Positions 22,001 to 30,136 of a stretch of DNA of 64,000 nucleotides are shown here, in pieces. The stretch lies in the NCBI GenBank assembly GCA_044225365.1, contig JBGAIQ010000024.1, forward strand, positions 23,023-87,022. The letters run 5' to 3'. The notes beneath the pieces were generated by a model, which was not told the DNA's origin, ran no database searches, and saw only the letters and a program-made list of their open reading frames with translations. The translations under genes and the position numbers were made by a program. This stretch comes from Planctomycetota bacterium. Its GTDB lineage: Bacteria; Planctomycetota; B15-G4; JADJEK01. Within the stretch, counting starts at the first letter, position 1; each line of letters opens with the position of its first letter.

Positions 22001-22249
22001 GTCGGTCTTGTCGGGATCGCCGTCGTAGAAGCTGAACGCGGTACCGCCGACATTGCTGATCCGGAAGTCTTGCGGCAGCTTGTCCTTCTTGGGAACCGTC
22101 GCTTCCTTGCCGAACGTGCCCTGCGCGCGCGAGTCCGCCGCCAGGATCGACGCGAAGAGCGCGGCACCCATGCCGCAAGAACGCAGCACTCGCACGAGCA
22201 CTCGCACGCCGCCACGCGCGCGAGTCGAACTTCGATTTCCGCCGCTCAA
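19094..22249 (-). CDS. lptD: LPS assembly outer-membrane protein LptD-like
   Basis: EIYAEGDVYI, AERAYFN, AQLTTCTF..PGYHV, YSKRGLGLG, ELNYVSD, EYLPQ, LRHIIIP, beta-barrel-like C-terminus; in kdsD-kdsC operon; start uncertain. Confidence 0.78.
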   Translation of the reverse strand: MSGGNRSSTRARGGVRVLVRVLRSCGMGAALFASILAADSRAQGTFGKEATVPKKDKLPQDFRISNVGGTAFSFYDGDPDKTDAPMVTAMAGGGEIWFGDWYITARNILIWSDGKDSQLPSIAKAQFPYPPNDPVALGSGLASPAMTNVEGKALLPEFGALATGSGGGKLREIYAEGDVYIESKSGTSRTVFQAERAYFNVLEDRSLIVKGEMRTDDQSTKQLSGKNKNNQNPESMSQIELENRKTIPIVFRAAEIRGIARGLLEADNAQLTTCTFAVPGYHVAIDHAIYEQRASEESGRISGYGDQFVVQQQPLVAVPYLEVRLGAESPFPLQAARVGGSSDLGFYIKTRWGNAFEQAGLDFNNWLGIEGKFKGSWFVDINFYSKRGLGLGGGIEYETKSGKEKFYEGKTDFFVINDISGNDTTSKSTKNNKVDNSGFRSRFRTLNRVYLPDAWRLDTELNYVSDKDLISEFFHNEQDLKRDPETYAYLRKLDHDTAVTATLRYRLNDWQTQTEYLPQATYDVISRPIAQFESLGEALGQDEPLTLYWTHRSEVGYVNRLVSQDLKDQFDKQKKKNKKNDLLNGNGNGTGSGGTGTGPASAPAKSPSKAGAHGSKSAPATAKANGNGNGNGNGNGANDPVNPTFDQNANTNETFLDTSSEQFLSEGSAFRGDDIERFNMPFDVGPVTVDPYFENRLTYWLGDAEIDGGGGLREGMTVGFNASTQYWKTIPDFESEYFNIFGLRHIIIPSLRYRYTFLSTKNANDLVPYDSVERFDELNVIVPGVRNRYETKRMTRYGRETVTFLDVDIQQPYIFSNARQEDLVKILEKNQGNKKVTSNTKIEDGTGIGDLWIDLRYRPDLAYYLLERSYLRNTIAWNWQKGQLDKYSIEFTTEPGPDFFGRIGYSYAQAGTVSPTLALDGYLLTRASNRDLNSLRFEFGYQMTRHWEVALRQEFKLASSSGGGGTQVILRRSTHDWMFEFDIGTPGYGRGFGVSVVPLVTAQRREHDRFKTALSDGYDLTPVFDLPDYSEDEALPDAEAEDEGAATPKPK

Positions 22250-25200
22250 CGCTGCAGAACCTCCGGGTCGTACAACATTCTGCCGTTCTCCGCCGTGAAC
22301 GCCTGGGATCCGGTCTGCAGAACGAACGAGTCCGCTTCATACCGAACGTGCTCGTTCACCGACAGGCCCTTGACCCAGCACTTCGGGCTCGACCCGTAGA
22401 GGAACATTGTCTCGACCCCGTTCACGTTCTTCCAGCGAAGAGTTTGACCTTCCGCCGTAAGGAGTCGCGGTTTCGCCTGCGTCATGTGGACGCGACCCTC
22501 CGCGAGGATCTCCTTGAACTTCGAAGTACCCGACGTCGATGTGGCCGCCTTGGAGGCTGCCGCTCCGGCGGGAGTCAGCGTCGCGGGAGATGGTGGAGCA
22601 GCCTGCGGCGGGTTGGGATCGAGGTAGACCGTCATGTGGTCGCTCCAAACCGACCTCACCTCTTCGCCCTTCTCCTCGAAATGGACGACGACGTCGTTGT
22701 TGAGTTCGAGCTTGTCCTCGGAATACCGGATGGGGCCGGAGCACCGGGCCTTGACCGTCGAAGTCGCGTTGCCGTTCGCATCGGTGGCGTCGGCCTGACT
22801 CACCCGAGTGGAATCGGCGAGCGGCTGAATGATCTCGATTCGACCATTGCGTTCGCAGACGAGCCGCGACGACGCATGGTCGAGGATCAGTTCCGGACCC
22901 GTGATCGAAACTTTGTTCTTCGAATCGGACCCGAGCTGCCGCGTCGCAGTGGCGTCCGCCGTACCTTCGCCGAACAGGTGCGCGAATCCTTGGCTCTCGT
23001 CGTACGAGAACCGCGAAGCCGTGGCGTGCGCACCGTTCACGGGATCGTCGATCACCACCGAGCCGAAGGCCTCGATGATGGTGGTCTTCTCCGTCTCGCT
23101 CTTTGGGTGGATCGACAAGTGGTCGCAGTACAGCTTGCTACCGCCCGATGGCGTCGGCGAGGGCGTCTTCGGCTCGGCCGAGGGATCATCGGAGGGACCG
23201 AGCGTGAGCGCACCCATGTCGACGTCGACCGAGATCCTCGCGTCGATACTCCCGGTTTGAGGATCGTAGTCGATCGTTGCGGCCCGGATCGTTTGCTTCG
23301 AACCGTCGTCGTCGATCTTCGTCGCCACCGCGGGCGCACCGACGAGCGAGATCTTGCCCGGGCCACTCTGTTCCGGAACGAGCGTCATCTGCGAGCCCGA
23401 ACCGGTCGTCTTCTGGGTCTTGGAGTCGAACTTGACATCGCCCTTCGCGACGAGTTGCGAGATCGACTGCTTGTCCGCCGTGGAGACGAACTCGATCACC
23501 ATCGACTCCATCGCGTCGAGCGTCGTCGCCACCTCCTCGCCTTCGTACATGTCGACGTGCGTGGGCCCGGTGAAACTGGCGCGGGCCGGTGTCTGATCAC
23601 CGGCTTCCGGCATCCACAGGAGTTTCCCATTCGCGAGCGTATTGAACTTGGCTCGGCGTTCCGGGCCACCGTCCTCTTCCGCGCCGAGCGACAGGTCGAC
23701 GTAGGGGTTGGGCTCGATCTCGAGCTGCATCGCGTTCGGATCGTTCGATCCTTCGCGCGGTCGCAACGTGATCCTGTCGCCCTTGAACGTGCCGCGCTCC
23801 ATGTTGCCGTTGGCGTTGCCGTGCGCGACGAGATTCGCGAGCGAAGACTTCGTCGCACCCGACGCCTGCGTGACCAGCATCTCGATCTGATCGGCGTGGA
23901 GAGTGAGTTCGGCGTCGGAGGCGCTCGCTCCTCGATGCAGAGTCGCTTCGCCGTCGAGTTCGATCGTCATCAACTTGGGGGAACCCGCAGGAGCATCCGC
24001 GGCGAGTGCCTTGGGACGCATGCGGATCTGGTGCGAGGCGGCCGCGTCGAAGCTCGGAGCATCGCTTCCACTTCCCGAAGCGCCATCCTCACTTCCGAGT
24101 TTGGCTCCATTCACTCGTGGTTCGCCCGTGAGAGTGACCCACGAGCCATCTTCCTTGGCCTCGTCGAGCAGAGTCTCGGCGACGAAGTTGCCGCGCGGAT
24201 CGTGCATCGTCGCCGGCTTGTTCGGAGTGCCCTTCGCAAACGTTCGCTTCACCGTCAAGTTGCCGGACTCGGCCGTCGCCGTCGCCGTCGTCGGTTCTGT
24301 GTCCGGCGTACCGGTCTTTTGGGACGGCTTCTTCGAGCTCTGATCCAGCGTGATCTCGAGGTCTTCGGATTCGAGCTTCGACGCATCCCCCTGGGTCGCA
24401 ATCACGTTGCCATGGAACGTCATGAGGCCGCCCGCGATCAGGGCGGAGAGATCGTCACCCGATCCCGCGGCCTTCTTATCCGACTTGTCCGCGCTCTTCG
24501 TCGGCTTGAACGAGAACGGGCCGTCGCAGACGATCACTTTTTCCGGGACGTTCGAATCGTCCTTCTTTGGGGCCGTCGCCTTGTTCGGATCGACTCGGCG
24601 CGACGGAACCGCGAAGCGCTTTCCGACCATCTTGATGTCGCGCTGCAATACCATCTCACCGGTCGATCGATCGTACGTGAGATCGGTGCCCGTGATCGTG
24701 AGGCCCTGCATCGTGATGGTGTTCGGCCCGGGTCCGCTCACTTCGGCGTCGGAGAGGTGCAGGTTCTCGTTCTCGAGCGTGGCGATCGTCTCCCCGGCTT
24801 CGTTCAGGTAGGTCACTTTGTTCTTGCCCGCGAGCGACATGCTCGTCGGTTGGTTGTCCTTGAAACCGGTCTTGGGATCCGGTGGATCGCGGAATTCGAG
24901 TTCGGCGGTGTTGCCCTTCACGATGGCGAGGAGCTTCGAATCGGGCTCGAGCTTCTTGTTGTAGATATCGATCTCGACGTCACGCGCATGGAGTCGTCGA
25001 CCGATCGATCCGTCGGACGATCCCAGATTGATCACGTACTTGAGGACCTTGACGTCCGGCCGTCCGGGCATCGATTCGCGCACCGGGATCTTCGCGTTCG
25101 TGTAGGCCATCGCGTTCGACGGTGCGTCCTGGATCGGCGCCGATTTCTTGGCCGTGCTCTCGGTGGTCGAAGGCGATTCAGCCGAATCGTTGCGCGCCGT

Positions 25201-25317
25201 CGCGGAGACCCGCCGCCCGGAGAACAGCGACTCGTTCTCGCGAACCCCGAAGAGCCAGACGAGTGCGACTCCGCATGAAAGCAGAATGCCGAGCAGAAGA
25301 AGTCGACGTCCAAGCAT
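22246..25317 (-). CDS. Giant membrane-anchored LptC/LptA(OstA)-like repeated beta-jellyroll protein
   Basis: N-terminal TM; LptC-like segment (ATLENENLHL..GLTITGTDLTYD..MVLQRDIK); recurring OstA-like motifs (LVAHGNA, LVAKGDV, IEAFGSV, ILAEGRV; ASRFSYD, AATIDYD); occupies the lptC/lptA position. Confidence 0.65.
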   Translation of the reverse strand: MLGRRLLLLGILLSCGVALVWLFGVRENESLFSGRRVSATARNDSAESPSTTESTAKKSAPIQDAPSNAMAYTNAKIPVRESMPGRPDVKVLKYVINLGSSDGSIGRRLHARDVEIDIYNKKLEPDSKLLAIVKGNTAELEFRDPPDPKTGFKDNQPTSMSLAGKNKVTYLNEAGETIATLENENLHLSDAEVSGPGPNTITMQGLTITGTDLTYDRSTGEMVLQRDIKMVGKRFAVPSRRVDPNKATAPKKDDSNVPEKVIVCDGPFSFKPTKSADKSDKKAAGSGDDLSALIAGGLMTFHGNVIATQGDASKLESEDLEITLDQSSKKPSQKTGTPDTEPTTATATAESGNLTVKRTFAKGTPNKPATMHDPRGNFVAETLLDEAKEDGSWVTLTGEPRVNGAKLGSEDGASGSGSDAPSFDAAASHQIRMRPKALAADAPAGSPKLMTIELDGEATLHRGASASDAELTLHADQIEMLVTQASGATKSSLANLVAHGNANGNMERGTFKGDRITLRPREGSNDPNAMQLEIEPNPYVDLSLGAEEDGGPERRAKFNTLANGKLLWMPEAGDQTPARASFTGPTHVDMYEGEEVATTLDAMESMVIEFVSTADKQSISQLVAKGDVKFDSKTQKTTGSGSQMTLVPEQSGPGKISLVGAPAVATKIDDDGSKQTIRAATIDYDPQTGSIDARISVDVDMGALTLGPSDDPSAEPKTPSPTPSGGSKLYCDHLSIHPKSETEKTTIIEAFGSVVIDDPVNGAHATASRFSYDESQGFAHLFGEGTADATATRQLGSDSKNKVSITGPELILDHASSRLVCERNGRIEIIQPLADSTRVSQADATDANGNATSTVKARCSGPIRYSEDKLELNNDVVVHFEEKGEEVRSVWSDHMTVYLDPNPPQAAPPSPATLTPAGAAASKAATSTSGTSKFKEILAEGRVHMTQAKPRLLTAEGQTLRWKNVNGVETMFLYGSSPKCWVKGLSVNEHVRYEADSFVLQTGSQAFTAENGRMLYDPEVLQR

Positions 25318-25320
25318 GGG

Positions 25321-25872
25321 CTAACGCTCCGCGAGGTTTCGACGAGGGTTCATCGATTTCAAAAGTGCGTCCGCGACCTCACGCACAGCTCCCAGTCCAC
25401 CACATGCCCGGGTCACGAATCGTGCGCTCGCCAGCGCGCCGGGATGCGCATCCTGGACCGCGATAGATACAGCGACTTTGGCGAATGCAGCCGTGTCAAT
25501 CACGTCATCTCCAACGTAGGCCGCGGCCTTCCTGTCGATCTTCGAGAGCGCGAGGATCTGATCCACCGCGTCGCCCTTCTCCTGCACGCCGAGCCGAATG
25601 AACTTCATTCCGAGTTCCTTCGCGCGAGCCTCGACGAAGCTCTCGGACCGGCCGCTGATGATGCCCGTCGCGATGCCCGCTCGGTGCAGCATCGCGATTC
25701 CGTAGCCGTCGCGCACGTGGAAACTCTTCGCGGCAAAGTACTCTTTCGCGGAAATAGGATCGCTCCCGCTCGCCCCGAAATAGAGCCGCCCGTCGGTGAG
25801 GACACCATCGACGTCGAGCAAGAGCAGGCGAACGCCGCGCATCGCGGCGGGAGTGACGAAGCGTGGCTTCAA
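25321..25872 (-). CDS. kdsC: KDO-8-phosphate phosphatase (HAD)
   Basis: LLLLDVDGVLTDG, FHVRDGYGI, IISGR, YVGDDVID, GGLGAVREV. Confidence 0.93.
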   Translation of the reverse strand: MKPRFVTPAAMRGVRLLLLDVDGVLTDGRLYFGASGSDPISAKEYFAAKSFHVRDGYGIAMLHRAGIATGIISGRSESFVEARAKELGMKFIRLGVQEKGDAVDQILALSKIDRKAAAYVGDDVIDTAAFAKVAVSIAVQDAHPGALASARFVTRACGGLGAVREVADALLKSMNPRRNLAER

Positions 25873-26891
25873 CCGGACACCTTGAGATCGAGGATGTCGA
25901 GCAGGTCCTGGACGTCGATGAGACCGATCGGACGCCGCGTCGCATCGACGACCGGAAGTTGGTCGATTCGCCTCTCGCGGAGGATACGGGCCGCTTCCGT
26001 GGCGAGCCGATCGGGAGAAATGGTGAGCGGATTCTTGCTCATGTATTCCGAGATGGGGCGGTTCTTGAAGTCGCGATCGGCGGAGTCGAGCGCCCTCTCC
26101 ATCTGCCGCCGGAAATCACCGTCGGTGTAGAAGCCCGTTAGTTCGCCGTTCGCGTCGACGAGCGAGATCGCGCCCGGGCGTCCGGGCGTGCTCGACATCT
26201 GATGGACGACATCGATGAGGCGAGAGGTATCGAGCGCGATCGGATTTGCATCGCCGCGGCGCATCACCTCACCCACGTGCATGAGACTGCGGCCGAGCGC
26301 ACCGCCGGGATGGAAGCGCGCGAACTCCGAGGGTGTGAACTGACGCAATCCAGCGACGGCCATCGCGAGGGCATCGCCGAGCGCGAGCAGGACGGTGGTG
26401 GAGGTCGTCGGCGCGAGGCCGAGGTGCCCGGCCTCCTCGACGCGCCCGTACGCGATCGCGACGTCGGACTCCTTCGCGATCGGCGATGCCGGATCCGAGG
26501 TGAGGGCGACGATCTTGGCTCCGATCCCACGCAGGGGCGACAGCAACCGAACGAGTTCCGCGCTCTGCCCGCTGTTCGAGAACAGCAGCACGACGTCTTC
26601 GGCAGTCACCCGTCCGAGGTCGCCATGCAGCGCTTCCGCCGGATGGAGGAAGATCGAGTCCGTTCCCGTGCTCGCAAACGTAGAGGATGCTTTGCGGGCA
26701 ATATGGCCGGCTTTTCCGATTCCACTCGTGACGACCCGACCCTTCGATCGAAGGATCGAGAGGGCCGCCTCCTCGAACGCTGAATCGAGTTGATCCGCGA
26801 TGCGAAGGAGCGACGCCGCAGCGGTCCGGAGGACGGTTCGTCCTTCGTCCAACGCGGGATGGCCGGGGCGCGGCTTTGCGGGCTCTTGCAT
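25869..26891 (-). CDS. kdsD: Arabinose-5-phosphate isomerase KdsD/KpsF (SIS + CBS)
   Basis: SGIGKAGHIARK, LHPAEALHGDLG, LAPTTSTT, DALAM, FHPGGALG, CBS pair. Confidence 0.95.
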   Translation of the reverse strand: MQEPAKPRPGHPALDEGRTVLRTAAASLLRIADQLDSAFEEAALSILRSKGRVVTSGIGKAGHIARKASSTFASTGTDSIFLHPAEALHGDLGRVTAEDVVLLFSNSGQSAELVRLLSPLRGIGAKIVALTSDPASPIAKESDVAIAYGRVEEAGHLGLAPTTSTTVLLALGDALAMAVAGLRQFTPSEFARFHPGGALGRSLMHVGEVMRRGDANPIALDTSRLIDVVHQMSSTPGRPGAISLVDANGELTGFYTDGDFRRQMERALDSADRDFKNRPISEYMSKNPLTISPDRLATEAARILRERRIDQLPVVDATRRPIGLIDVQDLLDILDLKVSG

Positions 26892-27092
26892 GGGGTTCTG
26901 CAAAACGCGGAGAGGCTACGTGAAACGGGGAAAGGACGCAATCTCGGCCCTTTCGTTCCGACGGGGCCGTGCTCATCGAAAGGACCGATCTATCCTCGTC
27001 CCAACCGCGAGCCGAGGCATCCGAATTCACCCGTGCATTGTCCGCAATGACGGGGACGGATACGATCGAATCTTCGCTCCGAGGAGGATTTC

Positions 27093-27752
27093 GTGCAGAT
27101 CGCGACCGACCAACTCCCGACGATCGCGCTCAACCTCGTCGTCTATGGAATCTCGACCGCCATTCACGAAGCGGCCCACGCCTATACCGCCGACGCCCTG
27201 GGGGATCGCACCCCTCGCGAACTCGGCCGCGTGACCCTGAACCCATTCAAGCATCTCAGCCTGATCGGCTCGTTTCTCCTCCCGGTCGTCGTGATGCTGG
27301 TGAACCCGCACGCCATGCTCATGGCCGGAAAGCCGGTACCGGTGCAGATCAACCGCCTGCGCCATCCGTCGCGGGACTTCATGCTCGTCGCGTTCGCGGG
27401 GCCCATCTCGAATCTGCTGCAGGCGCTGTTCTATACCGCGCTCTTCGTCTTCCTGCGCAGGCAAGGGTGGATCGAACCGGGGTACGCCTACACCGTCCTC
27501 GGATTGGCCGTGACGGCGAACATCGTCCTGATGTTGTTCAACTCCGTACCGATCCCGCCCTTGGACGGGTCACGTTTCATCGGATACCTGCTACCGAAGA
27601 CGATTCAACCGTGGTTCTATCGGATCGATCCCGTCGGCTTTATCATCGTCCTGGTCCTCGTCTTCACCAACCAATTCGCGCTGCTGTTCACCAAGGTCAT
27701 CCAGCCGCTCAACGAATGGTGGATGGACACCTACACGAGCTGGTTCGTGTGA
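27093..27752 (+). CDS. Site-2 protease (peptidase M50)
   Basis: HEAAH, LGDRTP..GRVTLNP, AGPISN, FNSVPIPPLDG. Confidence 0.93.
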   Translation: MQIATDQLPTIALNLVVYGISTAIHEAAHAYTADALGDRTPRELGRVTLNPFKHLSLIGSFLLPVVVMLVNPHAMLMAGKPVPVQINRLRHPSRDFMLVAFAGPISNLLQALFYTALFVFLRRQGWIEPGYAYTVLGLAVTANIVLMLFNSVPIPPLDGSRFIGYLLPKTIQPWFYRIDPVGFIIVLVLVFTNQFALLFTKVIQPLNEWWMDTYTSWFV

Positions 27753-27781
27753 GCCCCGGATAGAGCGACGTCAGGCTGTCG

Positions 27782-28774
27782 ATGGAATACACCGTACAAC
27801 TCGAGAACTTCAGCGGTCCCCTCGACTTGCTGCTCTACCTGATCAAGCAGGAGGAGCTCGAGATCCATCAGATCTCGCTGACGTCGGTGTGCGACAAATA
27901 CCTCGCGCACATCCGGACGATGAAGGATCTCGACGTCAACGTGTCCGCGGAGTTCCTCGTCGTCGCGGCGACGTTGATGGTGATCAAGTCTCGCGCGCTC
28001 CTTCCGCACGAAGAAGAGGTCGATCTCGACGAAGAGCTCGACCCCGAGGACGAGCTGATCCAGCAGCTCCTCGAATACAAGAAGTTCAAGATGGCGTCGC
28101 GCGATCTCGTCGAGATGGCGGACCTGCGCAGTCGCGTGTTTCCGTTCATTCCGCCGCGAGCCGAGAAGTCGGACGAGGAGATTCCGCTCGAGGACATCGA
28201 CGTCATCGACCTCGTGCGCGCGTTCGCCAAGATTCTGTCGGAGACGCGGCTCGATCGCATGCCGCGCCTCATCCGTTCGGAGAAGGCGCTCCGCGAATAC
28301 ATCGAAGAAGTCTTCACGATCCTGAAGCGCGAGCGAAAGCTGAAGTTCGTCGACCTTTTCGCGGACACGCGCTCGCGGGAGACGGTGATCGGTCGCTTCG
28401 TCGCGATCCTCGAGCTCGCGAAGCGCGGACGCCTCAAGGTCGTCCAGGGTACGTGCTACGACGCAATCGAACTCGAGATCGGCGACGATCGCGAACTGTC
28501 CGAGACCGAGATGCTCGCGATGGAATCCGATCTTGCGGCGCCCCCTCCACAAGAGATCGAGGAGAGCACGACGACGCTCGTTCCCACGCGATCCGTCGAG
28601 GCAGCTCGAGAGTCCGCGGACGCGGAGGACCTTGCTCTCGAGGAAGCAGCGGAAGCAGAGGAACTCGAGAAGTCGCAGGGCTATCTCGAGGCCCTTCGCA
28701 AGAGCGCGCAAGAGCGCGCGCGAAGCCAAGAACAAAACGGCGAGCTAGAAGCCTCCGCCGGTGAATCCAACTGA
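27782..28774 (+). CDS. scpA: Segregation/condensation protein A with acidic C-terminal extension
   Basis: VQLENFSGPLDLLLYLI, AEFLVVAATLMVIKSRALLP, LLEYKKFK, FVAILEL. Confidence 0.93.
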   Translation: MEYTVQLENFSGPLDLLLYLIKQEELEIHQISLTSVCDKYLAHIRTMKDLDVNVSAEFLVVAATLMVIKSRALLPHEEEVDLDEELDPEDELIQQLLEYKKFKMASRDLVEMADLRSRVFPFIPPRAEKSDEEIPLEDIDVIDLVRAFAKILSETRLDRMPRLIRSEKALREYIEEVFTILKRERKLKFVDLFADTRSRETVIGRFVAILELAKRGRLKVVQGTCYDAIELEIGDDRELSETEMLAMESDLAAPPPQEIEESTTTLVPTRSVEAARESADAEDLALEEAAEAEELEKSQGYLEALRKSAQERARSQEQNGELEASAGESN

Positions 28775-28794
28775 TCGATCCTGGAGCAGTCCGA

Positions 28795-29133
28795 ATGGCC
28801 GAGAACATCGTCGAAGTGACGGATCAAAGTTTCCAGAGCGAAGTCCTGAGCTCGCCGTTGCCGGTGCTCGTGGACTTCTGGGCGCCGTGGTGCGGCCCTT
28901 GCCGCCAACTCGCGCCGACGCTGGAACGCTTCGCGAAGCAGGCCAACGGCAAGGTCCGAGTCGCCAAGTGCAACATCCAGGAAGAGAAGATGACCGCGGT
29001 GCAGTACCGCGTGACGAACATCCCGACGCTCGTGTTCTTCAAGAACGGCACGGAGATCCATCGACTCTACGGCTTGAAGACGGTCGACGAGATGCGGGGC
29101 GCGAGCTCGCAATACGTCGGCGTGAAGATCTGA
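28795..29133 (+). CDS. trxA: Thioredoxin
   Basis: VLVDFWAPWCGPC, IPTLVFFKNG. Confidence 0.95.
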   Translation: MAENIVEVTDQSFQSEVLSSPLPVLVDFWAPWCGPCRQLAPTLERFAKQANGKVRVAKCNIQEEKMTAVQYRVTNIPTLVFFKNGTEIHRLYGLKTVDEMRGASSQYVGVKI

Positions 29134-29146
29134 GAAGAACTCGATC

Positions 29147-29190
29147 CGAACGAGGCTCGATCCCGTCGCGGGTCGAGCCTCCGTTCGTTT
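29147..29190 (+). terminator. Stem-loop between trxA and fmt
   Basis: CGAACG-AGGCTCGATCC ... GGGTCGAGCCT-C-CGTTCG inverted repeat followed by TTT. Confidence 0.5.
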
Positions 29191-29197
29191 GAAGACC

Positions 29198-30136
29198 ATG
29201 CGAATCGCATTTCTCGGTACGTCTGAATTCGCCGTCAGCGTGCTCGACGCGCTCGCCAAGTCGTCGCACGAGATCGCGATCGTCGTCTCCACGCCGCCGC
29301 GGCCGAAGGGACGTGGACGCGTGCTCGAGAACACGCCGGTCGGCAAGCGAGCGGTCGAACTCGGATTGCCGTTGTTCCAACCCGAGAAGATCAACGCCGA
29401 CGATTCGGTCGCACGACTCGCCGCCGCTCGGCCCGACCTCCTCGTCGTCGTTGCCTACGGGCAGATCCTGCGCGAAAGAGTCCTCACCATGGCGAGTCGT
29501 GGCGCAGTGAACTTGCACGGTTCGCTCCTTCCGAAGTACCGCGGCGCTGCACCGATTGCTCGTGCAATCGAACAGGGCGATTCGCGAAGCGGCGTTTCGT
29601 TGCAGTTCATGGTCCGCGAAGTCGATGCGGGCGATGTCATCGCGTCCCAGGCCATGGATCTCGACCCGAACGAGAACGCGGCCGAAGCTTCCGTTCGCCT
29701 GAGCCACGCTGCCGCTGAACTCCTCCTTGCGAACCTGGACGCGCTCGAACGCGGTACGGCACAGCGCACGCCGCAAGACGCGACTGCGGCGACTTTCGCG
29801 CCGCAGTTGCGCAAGGAGGAGGGTCGAATCGACTGGAATCGTCCCGCGAAGAAGGTGCACGATCACGTGCGAGCGATGACACCATGGCCGGGTGCGATCA
29901 CCGAATGGACGCTCGACACCGAGGTCGTGCGACTCACGATCCATCGAACGGAGACGATCGAAATGAAGTCCAAGAGCGCGCCCGGAACGGTCCTTCGGAG
30001 TTCGGATCGACTCGAAGTCGCGACCGGATCCGATGCGATTCGCATCCTGCGACTGCAGCGCGCCGGGAAGCGTGAGATGGACGCGAGCGAGTTCCTGCGG
30101 GGTACGAAACTCGTCGAAGGCACGATTCTTCGATGA
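29198..30136 (+). CDS. fmt: Methionyl-tRNA formyltransferase
   Basis: MRIAFLGTSEFA, VVAYGQIL, NLHGSLLPKYRGAAPI, DAGDV, GRIDW, PWPGA. Confidence 0.96.
   Translation: MRIAFLGTSEFAVSVLDALAKSSHEIAIVVSTPPRPKGRGRVLENTPVGKRAVELGLPLFQPEKINADDSVARLAAARPDLLVVVAYGQILRERVLTMASRGAVNLHGSLLPKYRGAAPIARAIEQGDSRSGVSLQFMVREVDAGDVIASQAMDLDPNENAAEASVRLSHAAAELLLANLDALERGTAQRTPQDATAATFAPQLRKEEGRIDWNRPAKKVHDHVRAMTPWPGAITEWTLDTEVVRLTIHRTETIEMKSKSAPGTVLRSSDRLEVATGSDAIRILRLQRAGKREMDASEFLRGTKLVEGTILR

Noticed and set aside
22348-25278. 976-aa plus-strand ORF
   Set aside because: Antisense shadow of the Lpt-like gene caused by GC-rich codon bias
26925-26937. GCTACGTGAAACG partial parS-like word
   Set aside because: Only one half-site matches; not palindromic
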